64,000 bases of DNA, from assembly GCA_050013655.1 (NCBI GenBank), contig JBEKEV010000012.1, positions 6,533 to 70,532 on the forward strand, written 5' to 3'. A model generated the notes under the pieces. It was not told where the DNA came from. It did not search any database and saw only the letters and a list, made by a program, of their open reading frames with translations. This document shows positions 30,245 through 38,851 of this stretch, piece after piece. The DNA comes from Bacteroidota bacterium. GTDB taxonomy: Bacteria > Bacteroidota > Ignavibacteria > UBA10030. A program made the position numbers and the translations under genes. Position 1 is the first letter of the stretch. Every line of letters begins with the position of its first letter.

Positions 30245-30760
30245 CTATTTCCAGCGGCGAAATATCAATGAAAGTCCCCAGAGAATGACGAACACAGGCC
30301 AGTACGTAAAGACATAATGTCTCATCTCAAACCAGTCGATCACATCCCACCACCACAAGTAGTAGAGAACACCGTAACCGCCGAAGAAGAGAACGGGAAT
30401 GAGAACTCCGAACCGACGAGGATCATAGAAGAACAGCATAAGAAATGAGAGTCCAAGGGCAAGTGCGAACGTCGCCGGCACGTTCCAAGGTGAAAAATCT
30501 ATGAGCACCAATTTGTGAGCAACCATAGTTACGCTCACAAAAAATAAAAGGCTTCCCCAAAAGACTACTCCGCGCCGTCGTGTGATGAATGCTTGCACAA
30601 CTGTCACAACACCAACCGCACTTAGACAAATCCAGAAAATTATTCCCCAACCGTAGTGGAATACATGCAGTTTATTCAGAACAAGACCGGCGCCAAGGAG
30701 AATGAGAAAAACGCCAAAGATTGGAAGTCCACTTGATTTCTTTTGTAAAGTCGGTTCCAT
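30245..30760 (-). CDS. LiaF/LiaI-like membrane protein
   Basis: Multiple TMs with GVFLILLG and YWPVFVILWG-type repeats; start set at MEPTLQ (30760) after GAGGA; directly downstream of the PspC gene. Confidence 0.7.
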   Translation of the reverse strand: MEPTLQKKSSGLPIFGVFLILLGAGLVLNKLHVFHYGWGIIFWICLSAVGVVTVVQAFITRRRGVVFWGSLLFFVSVTMVAHKLVLIDFSPWNVPATFALALGLSFLMLFFYDPRRFGVLIPVLFFGGYGVLYYLWWWDVIDWFEMRHYVFTYWPVFVILWGLSLIFRRWK

Positions 30761-30770
30761 AGATTCCTCA

Positions 30771-31478
30771 CTATTGCTTGTTCTGTTGCGGCTGACCTTT
30801 CGGAACAATCAGATACATTAAGAAGTAGAGAATAATTCCCATACCGCCTGAAAAGACCGTAAAGATTGCATACGCAACGCGAAGTATTGTGGAATCAATA
30901 CCAAAATACTCTCCTGCGCCTCCGCAAATACCGAACACTTTCTTATCAGTGAGAGAACGGCGAAACACTTGAGGATTCGTTGACTGTTCCGTCGAAGACA
31001 CTGGAGGCGGAGTCTGATTCTCAGTTGATTGTTCCGATTCTCCTGGTGATGTTTGTTCAGGCGGCGTTGTTTGCAATTTACCGCGCTTGGTCAAGATATA
31101 AATTCCTGCAAGCATGAGAATGCCTGGTAATACAAACTCCCACGCTGTATCCCATAACCTGCAGAACGAGAGAATTCCAAGGTTGTCGAGAAGGAGCACT
31201 GCACCTACAGCTACAAACAAAATTCCGAAGATGCGCGCAGAACCGAATTCTGATTTCACTGGAGAAGGTGCATCACCCATCACGATCGGTCTCTCTGGAA
31301 CGATGAAGAATGCAAGGACATAGAGGATAATTCCGGAACCGCCGAGAAGTGTTAAGAGGACCCAAACAAGCCGGACAATAGTTGTGTCCACATTGAGATA
31401 TTCTGCAAGTCCTCCGCAGACTCCGGCAATAACTTTGTTTGTCTGACTTCGATAAAGGCGGCGCTTTTGTTCTGTCAT
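30771..31478 (-). CDS. PspC domain protein (two PspC domains flanking a LiaI-like TM hairpin)
   Basis: RLYRSQTNKVIAGVCGGLAEY and FRRSLTDKKVFGICGGAGEY motifs. Confidence 0.9.
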   Translation of the reverse strand: MTEQKRRLYRSQTNKVIAGVCGGLAEYLNVDTTIVRLVWVLLTLLGGSGIILYVLAFFIVPERPIVMGDAPSPVKSEFGSARIFGILFVAVGAVLLLDNLGILSFCRLWDTAWEFVLPGILMLAGIYILTKRGKLQTTPPEQTSPGESEQSTENQTPPPVSSTEQSTNPQVFRRSLTDKKVFGICGGAGEYFGIDSTILRVAYAIFTVFSGGMGIILYFLMYLIVPKGQPQQNKQ

Positions 31479-31511
31479 GAGAGTCTCCTTTTGAACTGTT
31501 CTCCTCTCTCA

Positions 31512-31537
31512 TACGGATTTTATATACGAAGGTTACA
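31512..31537 (-). promoter_or_regulatory. ECF sigma-type promoter for the pspC operon
   Basis: Minus strand reads TGTAAC-N16-CGTA, matching the B. subtilis SigW/SigX-type architecture. Confidence 0.6.
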
Positions 31538-31549
31538 AAACCCAACGGC

Positions 31550-31590
31550 AAAAAGAAATCCCGATTCTGCCGCTGCAGAACCGGGATTTC
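31550..31590 (-). terminator. intrinsic terminator after frr
   Basis: Minus strand GAAATCCCGGTTCTGC-agcg-GCAGAATCGGGATTTC followed by T5. Confidence 0.8.
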
Positions 31591-31623
31591 AAATTATCAT
31601 TCATGTCTGCTATTTTTAGGATA

Positions 31624-32193
31624 TTAGACTTCCATAATTTCTTTTTCTTTCAAAGCAAGGAGACTGTCGATATCTTTTGTAAATTTATCGGTTAGTTTTT
31701 GAACTTCCTGTTCACCGCGTTTCCGTTCATCTTCCGGCATGTGCTCGCCTTTTTCTGCTTTCTTAAAATGTTCAATAGCGTCTCGGCGTACATTCCGGAT
31801 TGCGATCTTACCGTCTTCACCGAACTTTTTTATGAGCTTCACGAGCTCTCGACGGCGTTCTTCATTCAGCGGCGGAATAGGAACGCGTATAACCGTTCCA
31901 TCATTCGCAGGATTCAAACCAATGTTCGCTTGAAGAATTGCTTTTTCAATCAAAGGAATGACGCTTTTTTCCCATGGCTGCACAGCAATCGTATGCACAT
32001 CAGGCGTGCTGACGCTGGCAATCTTATTCAGCGAAGTCATGGTGCCGTAATAATCGACTTTGATCCCGTCGAGCAATACAGTCGTGGCTTTTCCTGTGCG
32101 GATTTTAATAAGCTCTTCCCGCAGAACTTCCACGGCTTTTTTCATTCTGTCTTCTGCTTGTTTCAGGATTTCTTTTGAGTTTGTCATAGACAT
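31624..32193 (-). CDS. frr: ribosome recycling factor
   Basis: IRTGKA, VDYYG, PPLNEERR and KEKEIMEV motifs. Confidence 0.98.
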   Translation of the reverse strand: MSMTNSKEILKQAEDRMKKAVEVLREELIKIRTGKATTVLLDGIKVDYYGTMTSLNKIASVSTPDVHTIAVQPWEKSVIPLIEKAILQANIGLNPANDGTVIRVPIPPLNEERRRELVKLIKKFGEDGKIAIRNVRRDAIEHFKKAEKGEHMPEDERKRGEQEVQKLTDKFTKDIDSLLALKEKEIMEV

Positions 32194-32231
32194 TCCATCA
32201 ATTGGTGATAGGATGAATGATGTTACGACTT

Positions 32232-32957
32232 TTATGCTGAGAGTTCAACTACTTTTGAACCAACTGCTTCTCCGCGGATGACACGCCTCAGATTGCCGGG
32301 GACGTTTATATTAAAGATGACAAGAGGAAGCTTGTTCTCTTTGGAAAGCGTTATCGCCGTCAGGTCCATTATACGGAGGTCTTTTTTTAACACGTCTGCA
32401 TAAGAAATCTCTGGAAAACGGATCGCCTTAGAATTTTTTTCTGGGTCAGAATCATAGACGCCGTCCACGCGCGTACCCTTGATAATGACATTCGCTTCGA
32501 TTTCAATTGCACGTAGTACAGCTGCAGTGTCGGTGGTAAAGTACGGATTTCCTGTGCCAGCAGCAAAAATGACGATGCGCCCTTTTTCCAAATGCCGAAT
32601 TGCTCTGCGGCGGATAAATGGTTCGGCAATCCGTTCCATATTGATAGCGCTCAAGCAGCGCGTCTTCAGCCCTTGATGTTCTAGTGAGTTTTGCAGTGCT
32701 AATGCGTTGATAACAGTCGCCAGCATGCCCATATGATCACCGGTCACTTTGTCGATGCCATCGGTGGAACTTCCCATACCGCGATAAATGTTGCCGCCGC
32801 CAATGACGATGCCGATTTGCACATCGAGCTTGCTGACAGAAGCAATCTCTTCAGAGTAGCGCGTGACGACTTTAGGATCAATTCCATATTCACGATCGCC
32901 CATGAGCGACTCGCCACTGAGCTTCAATAATATTCGTTTATATTTAATTTTTTTCAT
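32232..32957 (-). CDS. pyrH: UMP kinase
   Basis: [18 protein letters not shown] and [10 protein letters not shown] motifs. Confidence 0.98.
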   Translation of the reverse strand: MKKIKYKRILLKLSGESLMGDREYGIDPKVVTRYSEEIASVSKLDVQIGIVIGGGNIYRGMGSSTDGIDKVTGDHMGMLATVINALALQNSLEHQGLKTRCLSAINMERIAEPFIRRRAIRHLEKGRIVIFAAGTGNPYFTTDTAAVLRAIEIEANVIIKGTRVDGVYDSDPEKNSKAIRFPEISYADVLKKDLRIMDLTAITLSKENKLPLVIFNINVPGNLRRVIRGEAVGSKVVELSA

Positions 32958-32971
32958 GGTTCTCCACTCAC

Positions 32972-33000
32972 AAAAAAAATCCCGAAATGGTTTCGGGATT
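32972..33000 (-). terminator. intrinsic terminator after tsf
   Basis: Minus strand AATCCCGAAA-cca-TTTCGGGATT followed by a T-run. Confidence 0.75.
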
Positions 33001-33010
33001 CTAGTTTTTT

Positions 33011-33613
33011 CTAATTTGCTTCGCCAAGATGGTAACGAAGGAATCGGCGCACAGAAATCTTCTCGCCAACCTTCGTTGTTTCTTCATCAATAATATCTTT
33101 AATTGTCTTTCCGGAATCCTTAATAAAACTCTGTTCCATCAACACAACTTCCTGATAGAATTTATCCAGTCGTCCCTGAGAAATCTTTTCCGCTATTTGT
33201 GCCGGTTTTCCTTCATTCTGTGCCTGTATTTTGTAGATTTCAAGTTCCTTTTCGATAACAGTCTGTGGAATTTGTTCCCGCGACACATACTGCGGAGTCA
33301 TCGCAGTAATCTGCATGGCGATATCATGCGCAAGTTGTTTGAAACCCGGCGTCTTTGCCACAAAATCGGTCTCACAATTCAATTCGACCATCGCACCGAT
33401 ACGCCCGCCGGCATGGATGTACGCTTCCACCACGCCCTGGTTTGCCTCCTTGTCGGCACGCTTTGCGGCAACTGCTGCGCCTTTCTTCCGAAGAACTTCG
33501 ATCGCTTGTTCGATATCACCTTTTGTTTCTGCCAATGCCCGCTTACAATCCATCATGCCTGCACCGGTTTTATCCCGAAGTTTTTTTACTGCTTCACTTG
33601 TAATCTCTGCCAT
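33011..33613 (-). CDS. tsf: elongation factor Ts (short form)
   Basis: [16 protein letters not shown] and [11 protein letters not shown] motifs. Confidence 0.98.
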   Translation of the reverse strand: MAEITSEAVKKLRDKTGAGMMDCKRALAETKGDIEQAIEVLRKKGAAVAAKRADKEANQGVVEAYIHAGGRIGAMVELNCETDFVAKTPGFKQLAHDIAMQITAMTPQYVSREQIPQTVIEKELEIYKIQAQNEGKPAQIAEKISQGRLDKFYQEVVLMEQSFIKDSGKTIKDIIDEETTKVGEKISVRRFLRYHLGEAN

Positions 33614-33635
33614 GGTATATACTTCCTTCTTTCAA

Positions 33636-34388
33636 TTACTTTTTCTCTGCGGCTGCTGCTACTGCCGTTGCCTGCTCTTCGGCTGCTGCCTGTTGTTTTG
33701 CAGAGGCACGCTCCTGACCGTCAAGAACTGCATCGGCAATGGCTTTCGTGATCAATTGAACCGACTTGAGTGCATCATCGTTTGCAGGGATGGGATAGTC
33801 GATCGGATCAGGATCCGTGTTCGTATCAACAATGGCAACTATCGGAACTCCAAGACGTTTCGCTTCTTTTACAGCAATGGCTTCTTTTTTAATATCCACA
33901 ACATATACAATGCCGGGTAATCGCGACATCTCAACGACACCTGACAGCACTGCTTGAAGTTTATCACGTTCGCGAGTCAAGAACAGTCGTTCTTTCTTCG
34001 TGATGTTTTCAAAGGTGCCGTCTGTTTCCATCTTCTCAATATTCGTGAGCCGCTTGACGCTCTTGCGGATCGTGCTGAAGTTCGTCAGCATACCGCCAAG
34101 CCAGCGCTCCGTCACATAATGTGCGTGGCAGCGTTGTGCTTCCTGTTTCATCACATCGCTTGCCTGCAGCTTCGTTCCAACAAAGAGCGGCTTCTTGCCT
34201 TCAGCGACGGAGTTCGAAACTGCGTTACATGCCGCTTCAAGCATCTCTTGGGTTTTTTTTAAATCGATGATATGAATCCCATTCCGCTCCATAAAAATGT
34301 AGGGCTTCATTTTGGGATTCCAACGGCGTGTGAGGTGTCCGAAATGGGCACCTGATTGGAGCAATGCATCGAGTTCAACACGAGGCAT
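33636..34388 (-). CDS. rpsB: 30S ribosomal protein S2
   Basis: GAHFGHLTRRWNPKM, RWLGGMLTNF and PANDDA motifs. Confidence 0.99.
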   Translation of the reverse strand: MPRVELDALLQSGAHFGHLTRRWNPKMKPYIFMERNGIHIIDLKKTQEMLEAACNAVSNSVAEGKKPLFVGTKLQASDVMKQEAQRCHAHYVTERWLGGMLTNFSTIRKSVKRLTNIEKMETDGTFENITKKERLFLTRERDKLQAVLSGVVEMSRLPGIVYVVDIKKEAIAVKEAKRLGVPIVAIVDTNTDPDPIDYPIPANDDALKSVQLITKAIADAVLDGQERASAKQQAAAEEQATAVAAAAEKK

Positions 34389-34394
34389 AAAAAT

Positions 34395-34500
34395 ATTTCC
34401 TTTCAGTTAAGCTGCTATTCTCGTCGTCTTCTTCCGGAATCCCTATGAACTATGTTCATCGGAACACTGCCGGTTAAATCAGAGAATATGATTGTTGATG
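34395..34500 (-). promoter_or_regulatory. structured rpsB 5' leader (t44-like, probable S2 autoregulation)
   Basis: 155-nt rpsI-rpsB spacer with nested stems on the minus strand (ATTCTC...CCGG...ATGAAC/GTTCAT...CCGG...GAGAAT), at the position where rpsB leaders are known. Confidence 0.45.
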
Positions 34501-34544
34501 AATCTCAGCGACCGTACAACAGCTGTCGAATGGTACATAAAAAA

Positions 34545-34931
34545 TTAACGTTTGGAGAACTGGAACCGTTTGCGGGCTTTCTTCTGCCCATATTTTTTTC
34601 GCTCCACCATACGAGGATCGCGCGTCAAAAGTCCGGCCCCGCGAAGTGCTAAACGAAAATCTTCGTCCAGTGTAACCAATGAACGTGCAATGCCGAGCCT
34701 TACAGCCCCAGCCTGACCAGCCGGTCCGCCGCCGTTCACACGCACTTGTGCATCATACCGCCCCATCGTGTCTGTCACTTTGAACGGTTTTAGTATCTCA
34801 TCCCGCTGAATCGCCAGCGGAAAATAATTTTCAAATTCCCGCGCGTTCACTAAAAGCTTGCCTGATCCATCCAACAACTTCACGCGGGCAATAGCATTCT
34901 TCCGGCGGCCTACTGATATTTTTGGTTGCAT
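34545..34931 (-). CDS. rpsI: 30S ribosomal protein S9
   Basis: [10 protein letters not shown] and [12 protein letters not shown]...QFSKR motifs. Confidence 0.99.
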   Translation of the reverse strand: MQPKISVGRRKNAIARVKLLDGSGKLLVNAREFENYFPLAIQRDEILKPFKVTDTMGRYDAQVRVNGGGPAGQAGAVRLGIARSLVTLDEDFRLALRGAGLLTRDPRMVERKKYGQKKARKRFQFSKR

Positions 34932-34950
34932 GAACTTGTTCTTTCCTTAC

Positions 34951-35391
34951 TCAAAAAGAAATTATTTCTGGTTGCTGTGCTGAATGGGGATGTTCTGCTC
35001 CCCTATACACTTTCAATTTCTTAAACATCTGGCGACCCAAACGGTTATGCGGAAGCATTCCTTTAACGGCATGCTCCATGACCTTTTCCGGATTCGTTTT
35101 GATAAGTTCCGAAAAAGATTCAAAGCGTGCTCCGCCCGGATAACCTGTATTATGATACAGTTCTTTCAGCTCGGGCCGATTTCCGGTCAATTTCACTTTT
35201 TCTATATTCACAATCACGACGAAATCTCCTAAGTCGTGGTTGGGTGTAAATTCCGGTTTATGTTTGCCACGCAGCAAATGTGCAACGTGCGATGCGATGC
35301 GGCCTAATGTCTGTCCTTCTGCATCGACAAGAAACCATTTTTTATTTACTTCTTCCGGTTTAAAAAACCGCGTTTTCGGCGACGTATTCAC
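34951..35391 (-). CDS. rplM: 50S ribosomal protein L13
   Basis: WFLVDAEGQTLGR, LRGKHKP and AVKGMLP...HPHSAQQP motifs. Confidence 0.99.
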   Translation of the reverse strand: MNTSPKTRFFKPEEVNKKWFLVDAEGQTLGRIASHVAHLLRGKHKPEFTPNHDLGDFVVIVNIEKVKLTGNRPELKELYHNTGYPGGARFESFSELIKTNPEKVMEHAVKGMLPHNRLGRQMFKKLKVYRGAEHPHSAQQPEIISF

Positions 35392-35538
35392 TCTATTCTC
35401 CTACGCTAAATCTTTTTTAAAAATGTGTACTTCCAAAGAATCTCTGTTCCCGATCGTCGAACTCATATCCATTCTATTAGACCAAGAACCCATCTTTCAC
35501 TCTGACTGCTCTATACTATGAATCCTCTGTTACTTCAG

Positions 35539-35611
35539 TGCACCCACCAGGACTCGAACCTGGAACCCACTGATTAAGAGTCAGTTGCTCTACCAATTGA
35601 GCCATGGGTGC
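35539..35611 (-). tRNA. tRNA-Lys (anticodon CTT), CCA not encoded
   Basis: Minus strand GCACCCATGGCTCAATTGGTAGAGCAACTGACTCTTAATCAGTGGGTTCCAGGTTCGAGTCCTGGTGGGTGCA folds as a cloverleaf, with loop CT-CTT-AA and a GTTCGA T-loop. Confidence 0.97.
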
Positions 35612-35618
35612 AAATGTG

Positions 35619-35951
35619 TTATTTGCTACCCGGAATTGGAGATATTGGAGCCTGTTGAGCTGGCGGTAGTGCAGTCGGTGGAGGGCCAGATTGAATAACG
35701 CTCTCCTGCTTCTGTTCACCGCGTGGTAACAACCATAAGTTGATAACCAGGGCGAAAACCATAAAGATACCTGCCAGCCACTGTGTCAACGTTGTAAGGA
35801 AATCCGAGGTTCGCCGAACTCCAAAGACCGTTCCAATATTGGCACCGCCAAAACCTCCGGCCAATCCGCCACCCTTGCTCGATTGCATGAGAATGGCGAG
35901 CATGAGCAGAATTCCAATAATGACTTCAAGAATAATCGCAATTGTGTACAT
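35619..35951 (-). CDS. secG: preprotein translocase subunit SecG
   Basis: ILMQSSKGGGLAGGFGG motif, two TMs, followed by a tRNA gene. Confidence 0.96.
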   Translation of the reverse strand: MYTIAIILEVIIGILLMLAILMQSSKGGGLAGGFGGANIGTVFGVRRTSDFLTTLTQWLAGIFMVFALVINLWLLPRGEQKQESVIQSGPPPTALPPAQQAPISPIPGSK

Positions 35952-35970
35952 CAGTACTGTTCCTCAAACG

Positions 35971-35999
35971 AAAAAAATCCCCACCAACTGTGGGGGTTT
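35971..35999 (-). terminator. hairpin plus T7 between ribE and secG
   Basis: Minus strand CCCCAC-agttg-GTGGGG-a-TTTTTTT. Confidence 0.6.
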
Positions 36000-36008
36000 G
36001 CAGGTTTT

Positions 36009-36037
36009 ATTATAGGGAAAAAAAGCTCAAAATGCAA
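36009..36037 (-). promoter_or_regulatory. sigma70-type promoter upstream of secG
   Basis: Minus strand reads TTGCAT-N17-TATAAT. Confidence 0.65.
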
Positions 36038-36057
36038 GAAGGAAAATGCACACAATT

Positions 36058-36669
36058 TCATTTCCTCGTCGTCAGTATGCCTCTTACCTCAAAAAGACGC
36101 TCCACATACTTGCCAAGGACATCAAACTCGAGATTGACCGTATCACCGGACTTAATCCAGTGAAATGTTGTCACTTCCATCGTATGAGGGATGATGGAGA
36201 CCGCAAAGGAATTTGCTTTCACTTCTGCCATTGTTAAACTCACGCCGTTGACAGCAATCGATCCGACAGGAATGAGATGATGCGAGAATTTCTTAGGGAC
36301 TTGAATCCAGAAAATCCAACTACTCTCAAGGGTTTTGAGCGATGTTACTCTTCCCAATCCATCCACATGACCAAGAACAAAATGCCCGCCAAGCCGATCT
36401 GAAGGCAACAGCGGACGCTCCAGATTAACGGGACTTCCTACCTTCAAATTTCCGAGAGTTGTTTTCTTCAGTGTCTCTTCCACCGCTTGCACATCGAATG
36501 TCTTCTCTGTTCTTTTAATGACAGTCAAACAAACACCTTCTACCGCAATACTATGATCTATACGCAGACTCTTGACGGTTTTCTTCCCTTGAATAGTAAA
36601 AATAACACTCCCGTCCTTTTGTTTAATGGATTTAATAATTCCAGTTTCCTCAATTAATCCGGTAAACAT
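36058..36669 (-). CDS. ribE: riboflavin synthase (alpha type)
   Basis: MFTGLIEE N-terminus; GVCLTV, VNLER, GGHFVLGHVDG and NGVSLT motifs. Confidence 0.97.
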   Translation of the reverse strand: MFTGLIEETGIIKSIKQKDGSVIFTIQGKKTVKSLRIDHSIAVEGVCLTVIKRTEKTFDVQAVEETLKKTTLGNLKVGSPVNLERPLLPSDRLGGHFVLGHVDGLGRVTSLKTLESSWIFWIQVPKKFSHHLIPVGSIAVNGVSLTMAEVKANSFAVSIIPHTMEVTTFHWIKSGDTVNLEFDVLGKYVERLFEVRGILTTRK

Positions 36670-36715
36670 ATTATTTTATCTTTCTTTGTAACTACACACG
36701 TGATTTAGTGTAAGA

Positions 36716-36750
36716 AAGTAATTTTAAGTAATTTTAAGTATTTTTTGTAA
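36716..36750. repeat. short tandem repeat (AAGTAATTTT x2 plus degenerate copies)
   Basis: aagtaatttt-aagtaatttt-aagtattttt-tgtaa. Confidence 0.55.
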
Positions 36751-36786
36751 TTGCTCAGTTTTTTTGTCAGAAATAAAGAAATCACT

Positions 36787-36865
36787 CCCTCTCCTCAGAG
36801 GAGAGGGTTAGGGTGAGGTCAAAGAACAAGAAACCCCACCTTAGTCCTCCCCTAAGAGGGGAGGA
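36787..36865. repeat. REPIN-like doublet of GC-rich palindromes
   Basis: ccctctcct-cag-aggagaggg (36787-36807) and tcctcccct-aag-aggggagga (36845-36865), joined by inverted ttagggtgaggt / accccaccttag arms. Confidence 0.7.
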
Positions 36866-36884
36866 AATCAATCAAAGAATGATA

Positions 36885-38012
36885 TTATCGAAAAGCATAC
36901 TGAGTAGTCACCTTTCGCTTATGAATGAAGCGTGCTTCAAGAAGTACATCATCCCCAATGTTCTTCACGTTGGTCATTCTTAATTTCACATGTTGATTCA
37001 GGAGGAGCGGCTTGTTGAATCGAATCCCATCTAATCCGCCTCCTAATATTTTTGGTGCGATAAAAAGATGAAGTGAATCTGCAAAAGAATGCTTTACAAA
37101 AGGTGCAACCAGTGATGCGCCGCCTTCCAGAAGCACAGAAGAAATGCCTTCAACGGCAAGAGCATTCAAGATAGATTCTGCACTCAATAAGCGGGACTCC
37201 GAAACCGTAAGGATGCGTACTCCTTGCGCAACAAGTCTTTGTACTTTCCTATCATTTATTTTCACAGCAGCCGTTGAAGTCAACACCCACGTTGGAGTGC
37301 TATTTGTATTAAATATTTTCCGGGACGTCGGAAGCGACATACGTCCATCAACAACAACACGAATAGGATTCCTTCTTTTGATGAACCGCACAGTTAATGC
37401 AGGATCGTCTTTTAATACCGTGTTCGCTCCTACCATCACAGCGTCATACTCGCTTCGCAATCTATGCGCTTCTTTTCTTGACGTCTCAGATGTGATCCAT
37501 TTTGATATTCCTGCAGTGTCGGCAATTCGTCCGTCAAGTGTCTGTGCTAGTTTGATACCGACAAACGGCAGACCTGTATTCATAAACTTGAAGAACTTTT
37601 CATTCAAGAGTTCCGCTTCTTTTCGTAATACTCCAACCTTGACCATAATCCCTGCCTCGCGCAGTCGTCGTATTCCTTTACCGCCGACCAAAGGATTCGG
37701 ATCTTTCGATGCGATCACCACCTTCGAAATACCTGATTGCACAATTGCATCGGCGCAGGGTGGAGTTTTTCCGAAGTGCGCGCATGGTTCCAGGTTGACA
37801 AACAATGTTGCGCCATGTGCCCTCTTGCCCGCTTGTAAGAGCGCGAAAATCTCAGCATGCGGCCCGCCGAATTGCCGGTGAAATCCTTCTCCGACGATTT
37901 TCCCGTTTCGCACGATGACACATCCCACCATAGGATTAGGACTTACCTTGCCAAGTCCATTCCGTGCGATGTCGATACATCGCTGCATCAATGCCTGTTC
38001 ATTCATCGCCAA
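36885..38012 (-). CDS. ribD: bifunctional riboflavin deaminase/reductase
   Basis: PNPMVGCV, HAE, LEPCAHFGKTPPC, TLDGRIA and LLEGG motifs. Confidence 0.97.
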   Translation of the reverse strand: MAMNEQALMQRCIDIARNGLGKVSPNPMVGCVIVRNGKIVGEGFHRQFGGPHAEIFALLQAGKRAHGATLFVNLEPCAHFGKTPPCADAIVQSGISKVVIASKDPNPLVGGKGIRRLREAGIMVKVGVLRKEAELLNEKFFKFMNTGLPFVGIKLAQTLDGRIADTAGISKWITSETSRKEAHRLRSEYDAVMVGANTVLKDDPALTVRFIKRRNPIRVVVDGRMSLPTSRKIFNTNSTPTWVLTSTAAVKINDRKVQRLVAQGVRILTVSESRLLSAESILNALAVEGISSVLLEGGASLVAPFVKHSFADSLHLFIAPKILGGGLDGIRFNKPLLLNQHVKLRMTNVKNIGDDVLLEARFIHKRKVTTQYAFR

Positions 38013-38806
38013 TACACTTTCACTTTCGAATCGAGCGTTGCGCTCAAGAGATGGGCAGCACTATTATTCTTTACAGATATTTCTACTAATCCATTACTGC
38101 CAACGATGAAACATGGAGTATTTTCCGGAGCTTCATCGTAAATTCGAACCCATTGTGCGACCATATTACTACCTATCGATATGGTTTGTATCTCTTTCAT
38201 GCTTTTTTCTACTTGCAGAGATCGAAGATTCGTAATGATGTTTCCATAATGATCAATATGCAGAACGCACATAGGCGCCAGATCTTTCTTGGAGCTAACA
38301 AAAGGCGAAAATATCTCAGGCAGATTACAGGCTATACCAAATTTTTTTATAGGTACATCATCTGAGACATATGCGGCAAGCGGCGCAAGCAGATCGCGGC
38401 CATGAAAGGTTGATGATACATCACCAAGTGCGTATTCTTTGAGAGATGCTTGCGTCACCTCAACAGCCGCTGTAACTTTTTCTTGAAATAAAACGAAGTC
38501 TAATATTCCATTATCGGGAGCAATAAACGTATATTTCTTTGTCTTCATCACAAGAATACGCCGCTTACCGCCAACTCCCGGATCAACAACATTCACAAAA
38601 ATTGTATCCGCGGGAAAGTAATTGTAGACTGACCAGAGAATATACGCAGCTTGACGAGTTCGATACGGTTGAATTTCGTGTGTAATATCTATTATATCAA
38701 CCGACGGATTGATGGATATAATAACCCCTTTCATCGACGCTACATATTGATCCTGGTATCCGAAATCGGTGAGAAGAGCGATACAAGGATTGACTTTCTT
38801 GCCCAT
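38003..38806 (-). CDS. SAM hydroxide adenosyltransferase (DUF62; chlorinase/fluorinase superfamily)
   Basis: LLTDFG..D.YV, VVDPGVG, PDNG, STFHGRD and HIDHYGN motifs. Confidence 0.92.
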   Translation of the reverse strand: MGKKVNPCIALLTDFGYQDQYVASMKGVIISINPSVDIIDITHEIQPYRTRQAAYILWSVYNYFPADTIFVNVVDPGVGGKRRILVMKTKKYTFIAPDNGILDFVLFQEKVTAAVEVTQASLKEYALGDVSSTFHGRDLLAPLAAYVSDDVPIKKFGIACNLPEIFSPFVSSKKDLAPMCVLHIDHYGNIITNLRSLQVEKSMKEIQTISIGSNMVAQWVRIYDEAPENTPCFIVGSNGLVEISVKNNSAAHLLSATLDSKVKVYWR

Positions 38807-38851
38807 TGTAATTTCTTATCTCGGCAAAAATATTGAATGAGCCATCAACGG

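Noticed and set aside
33029-33920. Long plus-strand ORFs (240 and 201 aa) opposite tsf/rpsB
   Set aside because: Antisense shadows of highly conserved genes; no recognisable motifs.
35392-35611. tRNA-Lys as an integration site or island boundary
   Set aside because: No integrase, no duplicated tRNA 3' end seen, and both flanks are housekeeping genes.
35516-35719. 67-aa minus-strand ORF
   Set aside because: Reads through the tRNA-Lys gene and overlaps secG.
36670-36884. FMN riboswitch upstream of ribE
   Set aside because: No RFN consensus seen; the structure is explained by the palindromic doublet.
37144-37881. 245-aa plus-strand ORF
   Set aside because: Lies entirely antisense to ribD; a codon-mirror artefact.
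38003-38806. A true fluorinase/chlorinase indicating halometabolite synthesis
   Set aside because: It has the STFHGRD motif of the common DUF62 hydrolases and no secondary-metabolite context.
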